A stretch of DNA of 60,142 nucleotides, from contig CAVZUR010000001.1 in assembly GCA_963778555.1 (NCBI GenBank), positions 1 to 60,142 of the forward strand. Reading direction: 5' to 3'. The translations under genes were made by a program, and so were the position numbers. Shown in pieces: positions 18,064 to 28,462 of the stretch. Each line of letters starts with the position of its first letter. Positions within the stretch are counted from its first letter, which is position 1. This stretch comes from Candidatus Moraniibacteriota bacterium. Lineage in GTDB: Bacteria > Patescibacteriota > Minisyncoccia > Moranbacterales > UBA1568. Below the pieces are notes generated by a model, which saw nothing but the letters and a program-made list of their open reading frames with translations, did not search any database and was not told where the DNA came from.

Positions 18064-18795
18064 ATGGATAGTATTAATCGGCCGAATCTTGCGGGACGAA
18101 ACACTGTACCGAAAGCACGGTGGCGGTTTTCACCGGTGATTATCATCCTTGCGGCCTCGCTTTTTGTGGCTCTCGCCGCGGCGGGGTATTTCTTCTACCA
18201 ATCCAAGTACGCGATAGAGATGCAAGCGGCGAATGAGATCGAAGAGATCGTCACGACTCTCGGCCGGTTCATGGAACTGCCGCCGGAAGAAACGCCGACT
18301 TTGGCGACCGTGACGGACCGGGGGAAGCTGGCCGGCCAGCCGTTTTTCCAGAAGGCCGAGAATGGCGACAAAGTCCTCATCTATTCGAGTGCAGGCCGCG
18401 CTATCCTGTATCGGCCGAGCCTGAAGAAAATCATTGACGTGACTAGCGTGAATGTGAATCAAACTGCTCCCGAAGGGGCCGCTGTACCCGCCGCGGAACC
18501 GGTCATCCCGGCAATCGTCCGAGTGGCCATCTATAACGGTACGCTGACAGCCGGCGCGACGAGCGCGGCCGAGAGCCAGCTGAAGCCAGCTTTCCCCAAT
18601 GTGGCCGTCGTCACCAAAGCCAATGCCGCCAAGCAGACCTATACCCAGACGATCGTCATGGATGTGACTGGCAAGAATGCTGAAATAGCTAAGGGTATCG
18701 CCACGACGCTTTCGGGCTCGGTCGGCTCACTCCCGGTTGGAGAGAAGGCGCCTACAGACGCGGACATTCTCATCATCCTCGGCGGCACGCAGTGA
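18064..18795 (+). CDS. LytR_C (LytR/CpsA/Psr C-terminal) domain protein, membrane-anchored
   Basis: N-terminal TM helix. C-terminal VAIYNGTLTAGATSAAESQLK...ADILIILG pattern. Confidence 0.7.
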   Translation: MDSINRPNLAGRNTVPKARWRFSPVIIILAASLFVALAAAGYFFYQSKYAIEMQAANEIEEIVTTLGRFMELPPEETPTLATVTDRGKLAGQPFFQKAENGDKVLIYSSAGRAILYRPSLKKIIDVTSVNVNQTAPEGAAVPAAEPVIPAIVRVAIYNGTLTAGATSAAESQLKPAFPNVAVVTKANAAKQTYTQTIVMDVTGKNAEIAKGIATTLSGSVGSLPVGEKAPTDADILIILGGTQ

Positions 18796-18920
18796 TGAGC
18801 GCTGGAAAGATCGTGCCGCCCATAGCAGCCGGGCGGTTTTTCATTGAGTTATCCACTGAGGCGGTATACTCAGGACAACATTGCCCCGGTATTCTTTTCG
18901 GGGTAGGATAGCCAGACTTT

Positions 18921-19283
18921 ATGAGTACGACGACCGAAGACATCAAAGCCCGCCTCAATATCGTCGAGGTGGTGGGCCAATACGTGAAGCTCCAGAAAGC
19001 GGGGAGCGCGTGGAAGGCGAATTGCCCCTTCCATCAGGAGAAGACGCCCTCCTTCAACGTGAACGAGGAGCGCAATATGTGGCATTGCTTCGGCTGCGGC
19101 AAAGGCGGTGATGTGTTCGCGTTCATCATGGAGATCGAGGGGCTGGAATTCGTCGAAGCGCTGAAACTCTTGGCTGGGAAAGCGGGGGTGGAACTGCCCG
19201 AGTATCATGGCAGCGGCCGGGCAGCCGGCGGAGACGAAAGATCGGAGCTTGGAGATCCTCGAGCTCAGCATGAAATTTTATGA
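18921..19283 (+). CDS. dnaG: DNA primase DnaG, N-terminal zinc-finger fragment
   Basis: [34 protein letters not shown]. Frame is lost around 19205-19235. Confidence 0.9.
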   Translation: MSTTTEDIKARLNIVEVVGQYVKLQKAGSAWKANCPFHQEKTPSFNVNEERNMWHCFGCGKGGDVFAFIMEIEGLEFVEALKLLAGKAGVELPEYHGSGRAAGGDERSELGDPRAQHEIL

Positions 19284-20724
19284 AAAGCAGCTTTGGGAAA
19301 GCGAACGCGGAAAAGCGATGCTCGGGTATCTCCATGAGCGGGGACTGACTGACGACTCCATCCGGACCTATCGGCTCGGCTATGCGCCGGACGGCTGGGA
19401 ACACATCACGAAATTTCTGGTGAGTCGTGGATTCCGAAGCGAGGAGCTCGAAGGCTGCGGGCTGTCGCTCAAGGGGAAAGAAGGCCGTGGATTCTATGAC
19501 CGCTTCCGCGATCGCATCATGTTTCCGATCGGCGATATCCTCGGCCGTCCGATCGGCTACTCGGCTCGCGTCGCGCCGGGCGGCGATGAGTCGCAGGCGA
19601 AATACGTCAATACGCCCGAGACGCATCTCTACCACAAAAGCCGCGCGCTCTACGGGCTCGCCTTGGCCAAAGCTTCGATCAAGGAAACGGGTCGCGCCAT
19701 TCTCGTCGAAGGCAATATGGATGTCATCGCGCTCCACCAAGCGGGACTGCCGAATGTGGTCGCGGTATCAGGGACAGCCCTGACCGCCGAGCAGCTGGCG
19801 ATTCTGAAACGGTATGGGAAGAAATTGGCACTGTTCTTCGATATGGACAAAGCCGGACAAGCGGCAGCTTGGAAGAGCGCCCTCGCTGCGTTCGACCTGG
19901 ATTTCAGTGTCGAAGCGGTCGCGCTCACGAGCGGCAAAGACGCGGCTGATATGAATCGCGAGCATCCCGAACTCTTGCGACAGGCGGTCGCGGAGGCCCA
20001 GCCAGCGATGCAGTATTTCCTGAACTCACTCCTCAGTACGGTCGATGCTCAAGCCCAGGAAGGCAAACGGGAAATCGTCGAACGCTACGCCGAGCTATTG
20101 GCAGCCGTCTCAAACACACTCGACCGAGCTCACTGGACCAAGGTACTGGCGGAGGCAATCGGCGCGGATGCGAAAGTCGTCCAGACGACGGTCGAAAAAG
20201 CATTCCGCTCGCTCCATCGACCAGATCATTTCATCGAAAGCCGTCCAACAGCGGCCTTTCTTCCGAAGACTTTTGGTCGGCGTTCCGAAGTCTTGCGTGA
20301 GGGCCTCATCGGACTCATGCTCGCGAGCCCGATAGCGCGCGAAGTCGTCGCCCTCGAACAAGACGTCGCCGTAACGGATTTTCTCTCACGGCATCCGATT
20401 GCGTTCTTCATCCGCAATAATCCGACTGATCCGATTGCCGCGATTGAGGACCGGACGCTTCAGGCGGTGGCCAGCGATATCTTGTTTCGGACGCTCGACA
20501 TCCCGAGCCTACGGATGGCTGAGGAGAATCGGGAAGCGGTGACCGCTAGCATTGCGGGCGAATACCTTCGGGATCTGCGCTCTGAACTCCATGAAAAGGA
20601 TGAGCGGATCGACCTGGGGCGAGCGCTCGAGGCGGCTCGGCAGTCCGGGGATAAGACCGAGGAACGCCGTCTCTTGGAAGCGTTTGCCCGCCTCACCCGG
20701 AATGACGCTTCCCAGAACGGGTGA
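19207..20724 (+). CDS. dnaG: DNA primase DnaG, RNA polymerase/TOPRIM and C-terminal part
   Basis: [21 protein letters not shown] and [16 protein letters not shown] (TOPRIM). Confidence 0.9.
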   Translation: MAAAGQPAETKDRSLEILELSMKFYEKQLWESERGKAMLGYLHERGLTDDSIRTYRLGYAPDGWEHITKFLVSRGFRSEELEGCGLSLKGKEGRGFYDRFRDRIMFPIGDILGRPIGYSARVAPGGDESQAKYVNTPETHLYHKSRALYGLALAKASIKETGRAILVEGNMDVIALHQAGLPNVVAVSGTALTAEQLAILKRYGKKLALFFDMDKAGQAAAWKSALAAFDLDFSVEAVALTSGKDAADMNREHPELLRQAVAEAQPAMQYFLNSLLSTVDAQAQEGKREIVERYAELLAAVSNTLDRAHWTKVLAEAIGADAKVVQTTVEKAFRSLHRPDHFIESRPTAAFLPKTFGRRSEVLREGLIGLMLASPIAREVVALEQDVAVTDFLSRHPIAFFIRNNPTDPIAAIEDRTLQAVASDILFRTLDIPSLRMAEENREAVTASIAGEYLRDLRSELHEKDERIDLGRALEAARQSGDKTEERRLLEAFARLTRNDASQNG

Positions 20725-20770
20725 AATTTGCTAGTCTGAGCCTACGAAAAGTTAATTTGTTTCTTTTGTT

Positions 20771-22088
20771 ATGGCCAAAAAACCGCTGAAAAAGAAGAAG
20801 CCGGCGCCCAAGAAGAAGGCTTCCCAAAAGCGAGCGGTGAAGAAACACGTCTCGAAAAAGCCGGCCCGCAAGCTCGCGCAGCGCAAACATCCGAAACAGC
20901 GGTCCAAGAAGCCCGTATCCTCCCGGAAGAAGAGCATTCAGCGGAAGGCGCCCCACAAGCGCGGCGCGCCGTCACGACGATCGTCGCATGAAGAGTTGAA
21001 AAAGAATGCTTTCGATGAACTTCTCGCTCGCGGCAAGCAGCGCGGCTTTGTCACGGAAGATGAAATCATCCACATCCTGCCGGACATCGAACAGGACCTC
21101 GACAATCTCGAGAACCTGTATGAGCAGCTTGAGACCTCGGGTATTCGTATCGTCGGTTCGGAGGAAATGCTGAAAGTCGGCGAAGAGAAAGAAGAGGTTC
21201 CCGTAAAGGGCGCGAAGAAGAAAGACAAGATGATGGATCTCGGTGAGAGCGACGACGCTTCGGACCTGGTCCAGATGTACCTGAAGGAAATTGGCCGCGT
21301 TACGCTGCTCACCGGCGATGAAGAGGTGCAAGCTCGCCAAGGCAATCGAGAAAGGGGACTTGGTTGCCAAGCAGCGGCTGACCGAAGCGAACCTCCGGCT
21401 CGTCGTGTCCATCGCCAAAAAATATGTCGGCCGTTCGCACAACCTCTCACTCCTCGATCTCATCCAAGAGGGGAATATCGGGTTGTTCCGCGCCGTGGAG
21501 AAATTCGACTACCGCAAGGGCTACAAGTTCTCGACCTATGCCACCTGGTGGATCCGCCAGGCGATCACCCGCGCGCTGGCCGACCAGTCCCGCACCATCC
21601 GCATCCCGGTGCACATGGTGGAGACGATCAATAAATACGCCCAGGTGACCCGCCGCCTGGTCCAGGAGCTCGGCCGCGAGCCGCTCGCCGGAAGAGATCG
21701 CCGCAGAAATGGATCTGGAAGTGGACAAGATCCGCCATATCCAGAAGATCTCCCAGGAAACCGTGTCGCTCGAGACGTCGGTCGGTGACAATGATGACGA
21801 TTCGGTGCTCGGCGATTTCATCGAAGATACGGAAACCGTCATGCCGCATCAGATCGGCGGCGCGCAAGCTCTTGAAGTCCCACATCGCGCGATATCCTCG
21901 ACGAGCTCACTCCGCGCGAGCAGAAGATTCTCCGCATCCGTTTCGGCCTCGAAGACGGCGTGACCCACACTCTCGAAGAAGTCGGCCAGGAATTCGGCGT
22001 GACGCGCGAGCGCATCCGGCAGATCGAGGCCAAGGCGCTCGAGAAGATCCGCGAACACTCAAGCCTGAAAAAGCTCCGCGACTACTAG
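20771..22088 (+). pseudogene. rpoD: RNA polymerase sigma-70 factor RpoD with a Lys-rich N-terminal tail; at least 4 frame disruptions
   Basis: Region 1.2/2 ([54 protein letters not shown]), region 3 and region 4 ([15 protein letters not shown]...[18 protein letters not shown]) lie in successive frames. Shifts are near 21325, 21690, 21850 and 21890. Stop at 22086-22088. Confidence 0.9.
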
Positions 22089-22121
22089 TTTTGACGCTAC
22101 TCATCACGCTGCGCTATCCTG

Positions 22122-22154
22122 ACCTCTCCTCGAGTAGGAGAGGTTTGTTTCTTT
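22122..22154 (+). terminator. Intrinsic terminator after rpoD
   Basis: ACCTCTCCT cgagt AGGAGAGGT hairpin followed by TTGTTTCTTT. Confidence 0.85.
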
Positions 22155-22181
22155 CACCAACTTTAAGGAAGGAGGAGCCAC

Positions 22182-22681
22182 ATGGCTGCTCAAGATACAG
22201 CAATTGTCCGGGCCTACCGATTGTTTACTCGCGCCGAGCTCAGGAATTGAAAAAGAAATGGAGTGGATGGAGTGGGGTGTCGTTCAATCCATCGGGATAT
22301 ATCCTCCAGCGCGGCGGCCTCCGAATGGGCTACCACGTTTCGCAATCGCGGCAGGGAGCGATAGTGAATCAGGCCCCTGCCGAACAAATGGATCTGATGG
22401 TGTATACAGATGGATTCGGAAACGCAGCGCCGCAGCGGCTGGTGACGCTCTATGCTGTGACTGATGACACGCCATCCGGTTTCTGCCTCCTCGTCTCGGT
22501 AGTCCATTGTCTGCCAGAAGTCGATCCGACTCGTGCCGAGCTGAGACAATTTCTCGACCAACTCGGATTCCAGACCAACTCCCTCATGTTTGGCGATCGT
22601 CCTCCAGGCATCCATCGTTTCCAAGCGTATTGGAGCGACCTTCTCGCGCCGTCGGCGGACACGCGGTTTGACAATCGATAG
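22182..22681 (+). CDS. Hypothetical protein (one frame disruption near 22240)
   Basis: Strong AAGGAAGGAGGAG Shine-Dalgarno before the ATG at 22182, and a + strand terminator after the stop. The antisense 156-aa ORF was judged spurious. Confidence 0.45.
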
Positions 22682-22704
22682 CACTTGTCCGTGCGTGCAA
22701 ACTC

Positions 22705-22739
22705 AGCCCCTGGTGGAACTTCACCCGGGGCTTTTTTTT
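22705..22739 (+). terminator. Intrinsic terminator
   Basis: AGCCCC...GGGGCT stem followed by a T8 run. Confidence 0.75.
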
Positions 22740-22775
22740 GACTCAATCCTTTCGAGACGCTAGTCTGCGAATACT

Positions 22776-23255
22776 ATGCCGCATATCCATACCGAACCGG
22801 GGCAGATTGATCATATCGCCGAGATTTTTATCGTTCATAAAGACAAAGTACTGATCCGGCTGCACGAGAAGCATCAGATCTGGATCGCTCCGGGCGGGCA
22901 TGTCGAACTCGATGAGACGCCGGAAGCGGCCGCTATCCGTGAAGCCAAAGAGGAAACCGGCCTCGATGTGGAACTCTACGCTGGAAACAGATTGTCAGCT
23001 GAGAAGGGGACCGGACAATTGCAGCCGCTCATCCCGCCGATGTTTATGAATGTCCATGCTGTGGGGGACGGCGGACACCGGCACCTAAGCCTCGTGTACT
23101 TCGGGACGGCCGAGACAGACGCCGTTACCCAACCAGAAAATCACGAGAAGACGGTTTGCCGGTGGATGACACGAGCCGAGATTCTTGCAGCGGCGGATAT
23201 GGAGGACACGATTAAGTCTTATGCATTGAAAGCCCTGGAGACTTTGGCGTCCTAG
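22776..23255 (+). CDS. NUDIX hydrolase
   Basis: Nudix box GGHVELDETPEAAAIREAKEETGL. Confidence 0.9.
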   Translation: MPHIHTEPGQIDHIAEIFIVHKDKVLIRLHEKHQIWIAPGGHVELDETPEAAAIREAKEETGLDVELYAGNRLSAEKGTGQLQPLIPPMFMNVHAVGDGGHRHLSLVYFGTAETDAVTQPENHEKTVCRWMTRAEILAAADMEDTIKSYALKALETLAS

Positions 23256-23350
23256 GACTTGTTCCGGACCGGATTTGCCCGCCTCGGTTTCGTTTGCTAG
23301 CCTGAACTCTCCGCTTCGGAGAACCCTCGTACATTTACAAGGAGACAGTC

Positions 23351-23944
23351 ATGCGTTTATCCGTGAGACGGCGGGCGAGGACCCGGCACCATCTCACGGA
23401 CGAGATGGCGCTGGCGCTCCCGTCAGAGTTTGATTTCCACTGGCCGATTGAAGAGATTCGAGCGATTCTGTCCGAGCAAGTCGTCCTCGTGCTCCCGTAC
23501 CGGGACTTCGCTCAGGCCGAGCATCGCGGCCAGATGGTGGTGCATGCCGAACTGGCAGATGCGGTACAAGAGATCTTCGAGACTCTCTTCATCACCGGTT
23601 TTCCCATCGGGAACATGGCGCCGGTCGCGGCCTTCGCCTGGGACGACAACCGATCCATGGAGGCCAATAACTGTGTTGGCTTTCATTGGCGCAAAAAAAC
23701 AGGGAAAGATGAGTTGTCTTGGCACGCCTATGGCCGAGCGATCGACATCAACCCGCTGCAAAATCCATATCAAGAGCGGGGTGTGATATTACCCCCCGGC
23801 GCGCGGTATGTTCCAGAGTGTTCGGGCACCTGCGGTCCGGAATCACTGCCCGTCCAGCTCTTTCGAGCTTATGGCTTTGCCTGGGGTGGGGACTGGACCA
23901 GCCTGAAGGACTATATGCATTTCGAGCTCCCGTTTCCGTCTTGA
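23351..23944 (+). CDS. M15-family (VanY/D-Ala-D-Ala-type) metallopeptidase
   Basis: SWHAYGRAIDINP and GGDWTSLKDYMHFE motifs. AAGGAGA Shine-Dalgarno. Confidence 0.8.
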   Translation: MRLSVRRRARTRHHLTDEMALALPSEFDFHWPIEEIRAILSEQVVLVLPYRDFAQAEHRGQMVVHAELADAVQEIFETLFITGFPIGNMAPVAAFAWDDNRSMEANNCVGFHWRKKTGKDELSWHAYGRAIDINPLQNPYQERGVILPPGARYVPECSGTCGPESLPVQLFRAYGFAWGGDWTSLKDYMHFELPFPS

Positions 23945-24030
23945 GGGCTGCCGCTTCGCCGGTTGCCCTTTTTCTTTTTTTGGCCTACCATAGGCCTGTC
24001 GCTCCGAGGGGCGATTTAACAACCCAATAC

Positions 24031-24313
24031 TCCGGCGTAGCTCAGCGGTAGAGCAGGTGACTGTGAACCGCATAAAACGCAGCTCTTGGTGGAAACGCCA
24101 AGATGAACTTTTCGGGATAACGGTGAAGGCTAAGTCCGTAAGGATATGCTAATACCGTGGGAACCCTCATCAATAGGATGAGGGGCGCCGTAGAGACTAG
24201 ATACCGAAACACCTACGTCCGAAAGGATATGGTGAAGATATAGTCCACGCGTCTTGGAAACAAGAGGATAAAGTGTAATCACTTGGTCACAGGTTCGAAT
24301 CCTGTCGCCGGAG
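24031..24313 (+). tRNA. tRNA, most likely Asn(GUU), interrupted by a group I intron in the anticodon loop
   Basis: Acceptor TCCGGCG / CGCCGGA, D arm GCTC-AGCGGTA-GAGC, anticodon stem GGTGA / TCACT, T arm ACAGG-TTCGAAT-CCTGT, discriminator G. Joining 24064 to 24276 gives the loop CUGUUAA. CCA is not encoded. Confidence 0.8.
24065..24275 (+). ncRNA. Group I intron (IC3-like), 211 nt, no ORF
   Basis: 5' exon ends in U, which pairs as U.G with GCAG at 24079-24082 (P1). GAAA-capped hairpins at 24085-24102 and 24252-24265. GTAGAGACTAGA motif at 24190-24201. Intron ends in G. Confidence 0.8.
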
Positions 24314-24327
24314 CAGAGTAGGATAGA

Positions 24328-24352
24328 CCGAGGAAAAAACCTCGGCTTTTCC
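24328..24352 (+). terminator. Terminator hairpin after the tRNA
   Basis: CCGAGG aaaaaa CCTCGG followed by CTTTTCC. Confidence 0.7.
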
Positions 24353-24552
24353 TTTGTTAGCGAGGCTAATGGCAGGTTCGAACGCTTTGTTTTCGGAGCG
24401 TGCTAGGAGTAGGTAGTCTTTGAAGGCCTCAATCGATTTATTGTTTCTAACAGTGGCTTTTTGGCCGAAATAGTTAGGTTCGAACCAAATGTGTGGAGTG
24501 GTAGTTTTTCTTTACCGCAATAAACGTTCGAAGCCCGAGCCAGTGGGCCGTC

Positions 24553-25029
24553 TCAGCCCTGTCGTGCAGCGTCAATAGCGGCGACGTCGATTTTCCCCAT
24601 AGTCATCATCGCATCAAAAGCACGTCTTGCTTCTGTGCCGCCAGCTGCAAGCGCTTCAATCAGGGTGCGCGGCGTGATTTGCCAGGATATCCCCCAGCGA
24701 TCCTTGCACCACCCGCACGCACTCTCCTGACCACCGTTCCCAACAATCGCATTCCAATAACGATCCGTTTCTTCCTGGTCGTCCGTTGCAATCTGAAAGG
24801 AGAACGCTTCACTTTGCTTAAACGCAGGACCGCCATTCAGACCGACACAGGGGATCCCACATACAGTGAACTCTACCGTAAGCACATCACCTTTCTTGCC
24901 ACCTGGAAAATCACTGGGCGCGTAGAAAACGTTCGTTAGTTTACTATTCGGAAAAGTAGCTGCGTAAAAATTCGCTGCGCTTTCTGCATCCTCATTAAAC
25001 CAGAGGCAAATCGTGTTCTTTGGGGTCAT
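24553..25029 (-). CDS. VOC-superfamily protein, PhnB/3-demethylubiquinone-9 methyltransferase-domain type
   Basis: ICLWFNEDAESAANFY...CGWCKDRWGISWQI. Confidence 0.8.
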   Translation of the reverse strand: MTPKNTICLWFNEDAESAANFYAATFPNSKLTNVFYAPSDFPGGKKGDVLTVEFTVCGIPCVGLNGGPAFKQSEAFSFQIATDDQEETDRYWNAIVGNGGQESACGWCKDRWGISWQITPRTLIEALAAGGTEARRAFDAMMTMGKIDVAAIDAARQG

Positions 25030-25331
25030 ATTTGTACACGGCTATTATACCAAATCGTTGTATGCTGGGTAGATTTACTACGATGATTCGATGAGTAGAT
25101 TAGCTGTTCCTTGATAGTCAGTTTTGATGGGGCGATGAATATATCGCAATGGTTGTTTTCATTTCTTTCGTTACCCTCCCAATCCAAATTTCTAAGCCTA
25201 TCCATCAGGGGCAAATCAAAAAAACCTCCTTCAGTTAATCCGCGTTACTATGGTGCGTTTTTGCCCGCAGATTCAAAACGAAGTATCATGATAAAAGACC
25301 CCCCTTCTGTCATTAAGTGAAATGAAATAAT

Positions 25332-25748
25332 ATGGTCGAAGTAAATTATACGTTAATAGTTCTCGCGACGATTGCTCAGTTTATACTCGGAGCGCTCTGG
25401 TATTCGCCGCTCATGTTTGGCAAATGGTGGATGCAGATCATGGAGGCAGCTCACCTTACGAGCGATGAGTTGAAGAAGCTGCAAAAGGACATGAGGCCAT
25501 TCTATGGTTTACAATTCCTTCTGACCTTGTTTACCACCATCAATCTTGCTACGTTAATCGGTCTGCTTCCTCAATTTAGCGCCTATAGCTTAGCCTTTCA
25601 TATCCTGCTCGGGTTTATTATTCCGACGCAGATTGGAGCCGTGATATGGGCCAATACCAAAAAGAAATTTTGGATAAAGCAAATATTTGTGATGGTGGCG
25701 TATTCATTTGTTGGGATCATGCTGGCGGCCTGGATTTTGGGAATGTAG
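25332..25748 (+). CDS. DUF1761-like membrane protein
   Basis: Four TM helices. LGALWYSPLMFGKWW motif. Confidence 0.7.
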   Translation: MVEVNYTLIVLATIAQFILGALWYSPLMFGKWWMQIMEAAHLTSDELKKLQKDMRPFYGLQFLLTLFTTINLATLIGLLPQFSAYSLAFHILLGFIIPTQIGAVIWANTKKKFWIKQIFVMVAYSFVGIMLAAWILGM

Positions 25749-25782
25749 TGGGTAACGCATAATTGGTAATGAATGCAGAACT

Positions 25783-25968
25783 ATGAAGATACTCAAATGC
25801 GATCTGTGCGAGCATGAAGCTCAAGGCGCAACATTCGATGAATGGATGAATGCTCTCAAGCCGCACTATGCTGCGGCTCATCCCGAGATAATGAACGACT
25901 CGAGCAAGACGAAGGAAGATATGGTGGCGTGGATGGTTGAGAACAAAGCACGGTTTGAGGCTGCCTAA
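25783..25968 (+). CDS. Small Cys/His protein, DUF1059-like
   Basis: 61 aa, KCDLCEHEAQGATFDEWMNALKPHYAAAHPE. Confidence 0.55.
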   Translation: MKILKCDLCEHEAQGATFDEWMNALKPHYAAAHPEIMNDSSKTKEDMVAWMVENKARFEAA

Positions 25969-25995
25969 GTGGTAGGTAATGATAGTCTGAAAGGG

Positions 25996-26020
25996 AGCAC
26001 CTACTCAGGGGTGCTTTTTT
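25996..26020 (+). terminator. Intrinsic terminator
   Basis: AGCACC...GGTGCT stem followed by TTTTTT. Confidence 0.75.
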
Positions 26021-26153
26021 GTGCCCCAAATCAGCAGAACACGAAGTCACTATTGCTCTAAGTTGAGAGTGATATACTAGGGGCATGAGAACAATTATCG
26101 GATCCTTTCTGCTTCAAGTGCGGTAGGTAGGTAATTTGTAACCTTCTTTTCTT

Positions 26154-27107
26154 ATGAAAGCGAACATAGCCCTCATTTCTCTGTTGGCATTTTTCATGCT
26201 GATAAGTTACGCGGATGGTGCACGAGCCTATAGTCTCACACCCACCTCTGAGTACGATCCGCAGATCAAGCCGGAAGATTTTTCTTCCGTCATCACCAAT
26301 CCATACATGAATCTCTCTGTCGGCAAGAAGATGGTGTATGAATCAATGACGAAAGATGGATTAGAGCGCATCGAACTTCTGGTTCCCGGTTGGTCAAGAA
26401 ATGTTCTGGGAGTCGAGACATTGGTACTCTGGAATAGGGTATACCTCGATGGCGAATTGATGGAAGATGGCCGCGAATATTTTGCGCAACATACAAACGG
26501 GGATGTCTGGCTTCTCGGCGAGAATATCGATGACTATGAAGACGGGGAGTCCGTCGATCATACGGGAACATGGCTGGCGGGAGTCGATGGCGCCAAGCCT
26601 GGAATCGGGATGCTCGCCAATCCCCAAGCTGGTGATGAATGGCGGGTCGTATACCGCAAGGGAGTGGTAGAGGATATTGCAAAAGTGATTGCTGCCAATG
26701 CGTCCATTACCGTCCCAACCGGTACCTATACTGATTGCATTGAGGTTTTTGAATGGTCGCCGATTGAGTCGGCCATCGCGAAAAAGTATTATTGCCAAAC
26801 AGTGGGAGGGAATGTCGTCGAGATTGAACTGCCAAGCCTCGAGCGGGATTCCGAGGAGCGTGTCGGACTCATACAGGTCGACTTGCAGGCAGCACTTGGA
26901 TTGCCGCTCCCAGAAAGCTATGCCCAAGAAGGCGTCATTCCAGCTAAGCGGCAGAGGTGGCGAGGAATGGGGCGGCGTGAAATAGAGGACAATGAAGATG
27001 TGGATCAGGATGAAGCGGATGTAGAGCGCGTGCTGGCACAAAAGGCACTGCTACGCGTATGGCCATCGTGTGCAGTTTTGATCGGTGACTGGTCTCCTTA
27101 CTGTTAA
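26154..27107 (+). CDS. Secreted hypothetical protein
   Basis: N-terminal signal peptide (ALISLLAFFMLISYADGARA). No family recognised. Confidence 0.6.
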   Translation: MKANIALISLLAFFMLISYADGARAYSLTPTSEYDPQIKPEDFSSVITNPYMNLSVGKKMVYESMTKDGLERIELLVPGWSRNVLGVETLVLWNRVYLDGELMEDGREYFAQHTNGDVWLLGENIDDYEDGESVDHTGTWLAGVDGAKPGIGMLANPQAGDEWRVVYRKGVVEDIAKVIAANASITVPTGTYTDCIEVFEWSPIESAIAKKYYCQTVGGNVVEIELPSLERDSEERVGLIQVDLQAALGLPLPESYAQEGVIPAKRQRWRGMGRREIEDNEDVDQDEADVERVLAQKALLRVWPSCAVLIGDWSPYC

Positions 27108-27485
27108 TCGGAACACTAATTTCGAAACTGGTCTTTAAACAACCGTTACCCGTCGGGAAGTTTACGGTAGGGGAGGAAAACGATTCCGCAGGTGACCAAT
27201 CCGCGTGACGAGAAGCCAGAATAGCGCAGTTCTTTCGCTTCTTTTCAAAAAATTAGAGTGCCTGATGTTCCGACCCCTGATCAGAGAACCGTCTTTTCTG
27301 AAAAATGTCAGTCGACGCGCCGAGAGTAACTAGCAATATCCGCCTGGCTGCTCCATTGGGCCGTGGCGGCATGTATCAGCGGCTACCGCTCGGCTGTTCG
27401 TGGGTGAAGTCATTTTTGTTCCCTCAGTCTGGACTTCGGTGCTCTGCCGGGGGAGGGTGGTATACTCGAAGCATGCTAAAAAGTA

Positions 27486-27896
27486 ATGCTCAGTAGTATG
27501 GATTCTGTCATACATTTTGAAATGCCCTATGAAGACCGAGATCGGGCGGCGCAGTTTTATGCTCAGACGTTCGGTTGGACGTCGAACAAGCTTGGCCAAG
27601 AAATGGGAAACTATATGGTGGTCATGACAAGTGAGAGTGATGAAAAAACCGGCCGTCCCAAAACGCCGGGTTCGATCAATGGCGGCATGTATAAGAAACC
27701 AGAAGACCCGATGGGTCAAGCCCCTTCGGTCGTTATCGCTGTAGAGGATATTCAGGAATCCATGCGAAAGGTAGTCGAGGCCGGAGGAAAGGTGCTCGGT
27801 GAACCGATGGGTATACCCGGTGTTGGACAGTACGCCAGTTTTCTCGATACCGAAGGCAATCGTGTCAGTCTCCTGCAGCCGTCTCCGCAGATGTAA
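27486..27896 (+). CDS. Glyoxalase/bleomycin-resistance (VOC) family protein
   Basis: IHFEMPYEDRDRAAQFYAQTFGW...GQYASFLDTEGNRVSLLQ. Confidence 0.8.
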   Translation: MLSSMDSVIHFEMPYEDRDRAAQFYAQTFGWTSNKLGQEMGNYMVVMTSESDEKTGRPKTPGSINGGMYKKPEDPMGQAPSVVIAVEDIQESMRKVVEAGGKVLGEPMGIPGVGQYASFLDTEGNRVSLLQPSPQM

Positions 27897-27925
27897 TTTT
27901 TGCAAAAAAAGCATCGCGCAGACGT

Positions 27926-28351
27926 ATGCATCCGAAAATCACTGTCACGACAATGATCCAAGCACCGATCGAAGAGGTCTGGACCGCCTGGACTGAACCA
28001 GGACACATCGTCCACTGGAACTTCGCATCCGACGATTGGTGCGCGCCCAGGGCGGAAAATGACCTTCGTGCTGGAGGAAAATTCAACTGGCGAATGGAGG
28101 CCAAAGATGGCAGCGCCGGATTCGATTTTAACGGGGAATATGCTTTCGTTGAGCCAAAAAGCCGCATCGAATATGTGATTGAGGGCGGGAGAAACGTCTC
28201 GGTCAATTTCAGGGAAGAAAAGAGCGGCTGCCACGTCATCGAGTCCTTTGATCCGGAGAACGAAAATTCGCTTGAGATGCAGCGCGCTGGCTGGCAGGCG
28301 ATTCTCGATAACTTCAAAAAGTACGTCGAGAGGCAGCCGGTCAAAAATTGA
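27926..28351 (+). CDS. SRPBCC/AHSA1-domain protein
   Basis: IQAPIEEVWTAWTEPGHIVHW...MQRAGWQAILDNFKKYVE. Confidence 0.8.
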   Translation: MHPKITVTTMIQAPIEEVWTAWTEPGHIVHWNFASDDWCAPRAENDLRAGGKFNWRMEAKDGSAGFDFNGEYAFVEPKSRIEYVIEGGRNVSVNFREEKSGCHVIESFDPENENSLEMQRAGWQAILDNFKKYVERQPVKN

Positions 28352-28462
28352 TTGTATAGGATGCCTGATATACGCAGAGAATCATCTGATGTTTAATATC
28401 ACCGGCCGAGGAGATCAAAAACAGCCCCATCGGAGGAGCTGTTTTTTTCGGACGCTTTGGAT

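Noticed and set aside
20771-22088. The consecutive +1 frame changes in rpoD, the giant gene, dnaG and gspE could be programmed frameshifting or recoding.
   Set aside because: There is no common slippery motif or downstream structure. -1 changes also occur (7535, 29912, 22240, and the right-end genes). Sites that can be checked against internal repeats are one-base differences in short runs.
21785-22681. A 298-aa ORF spans the end of rpoD and the next gene.
   Set aside because: It is a composite read-through in a wrong frame of rpoD region 4. It crosses a strong terminator (22122-22154) and then merges with the downstream hypothetical gene.
24384-24484. AGGTTCGAA recurs twice downstream of the tRNA and could be att-site remnants.
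   Set aside because: The match is only 9 nt. No longer match to the tRNA 3' end is present, and there is no integrase.
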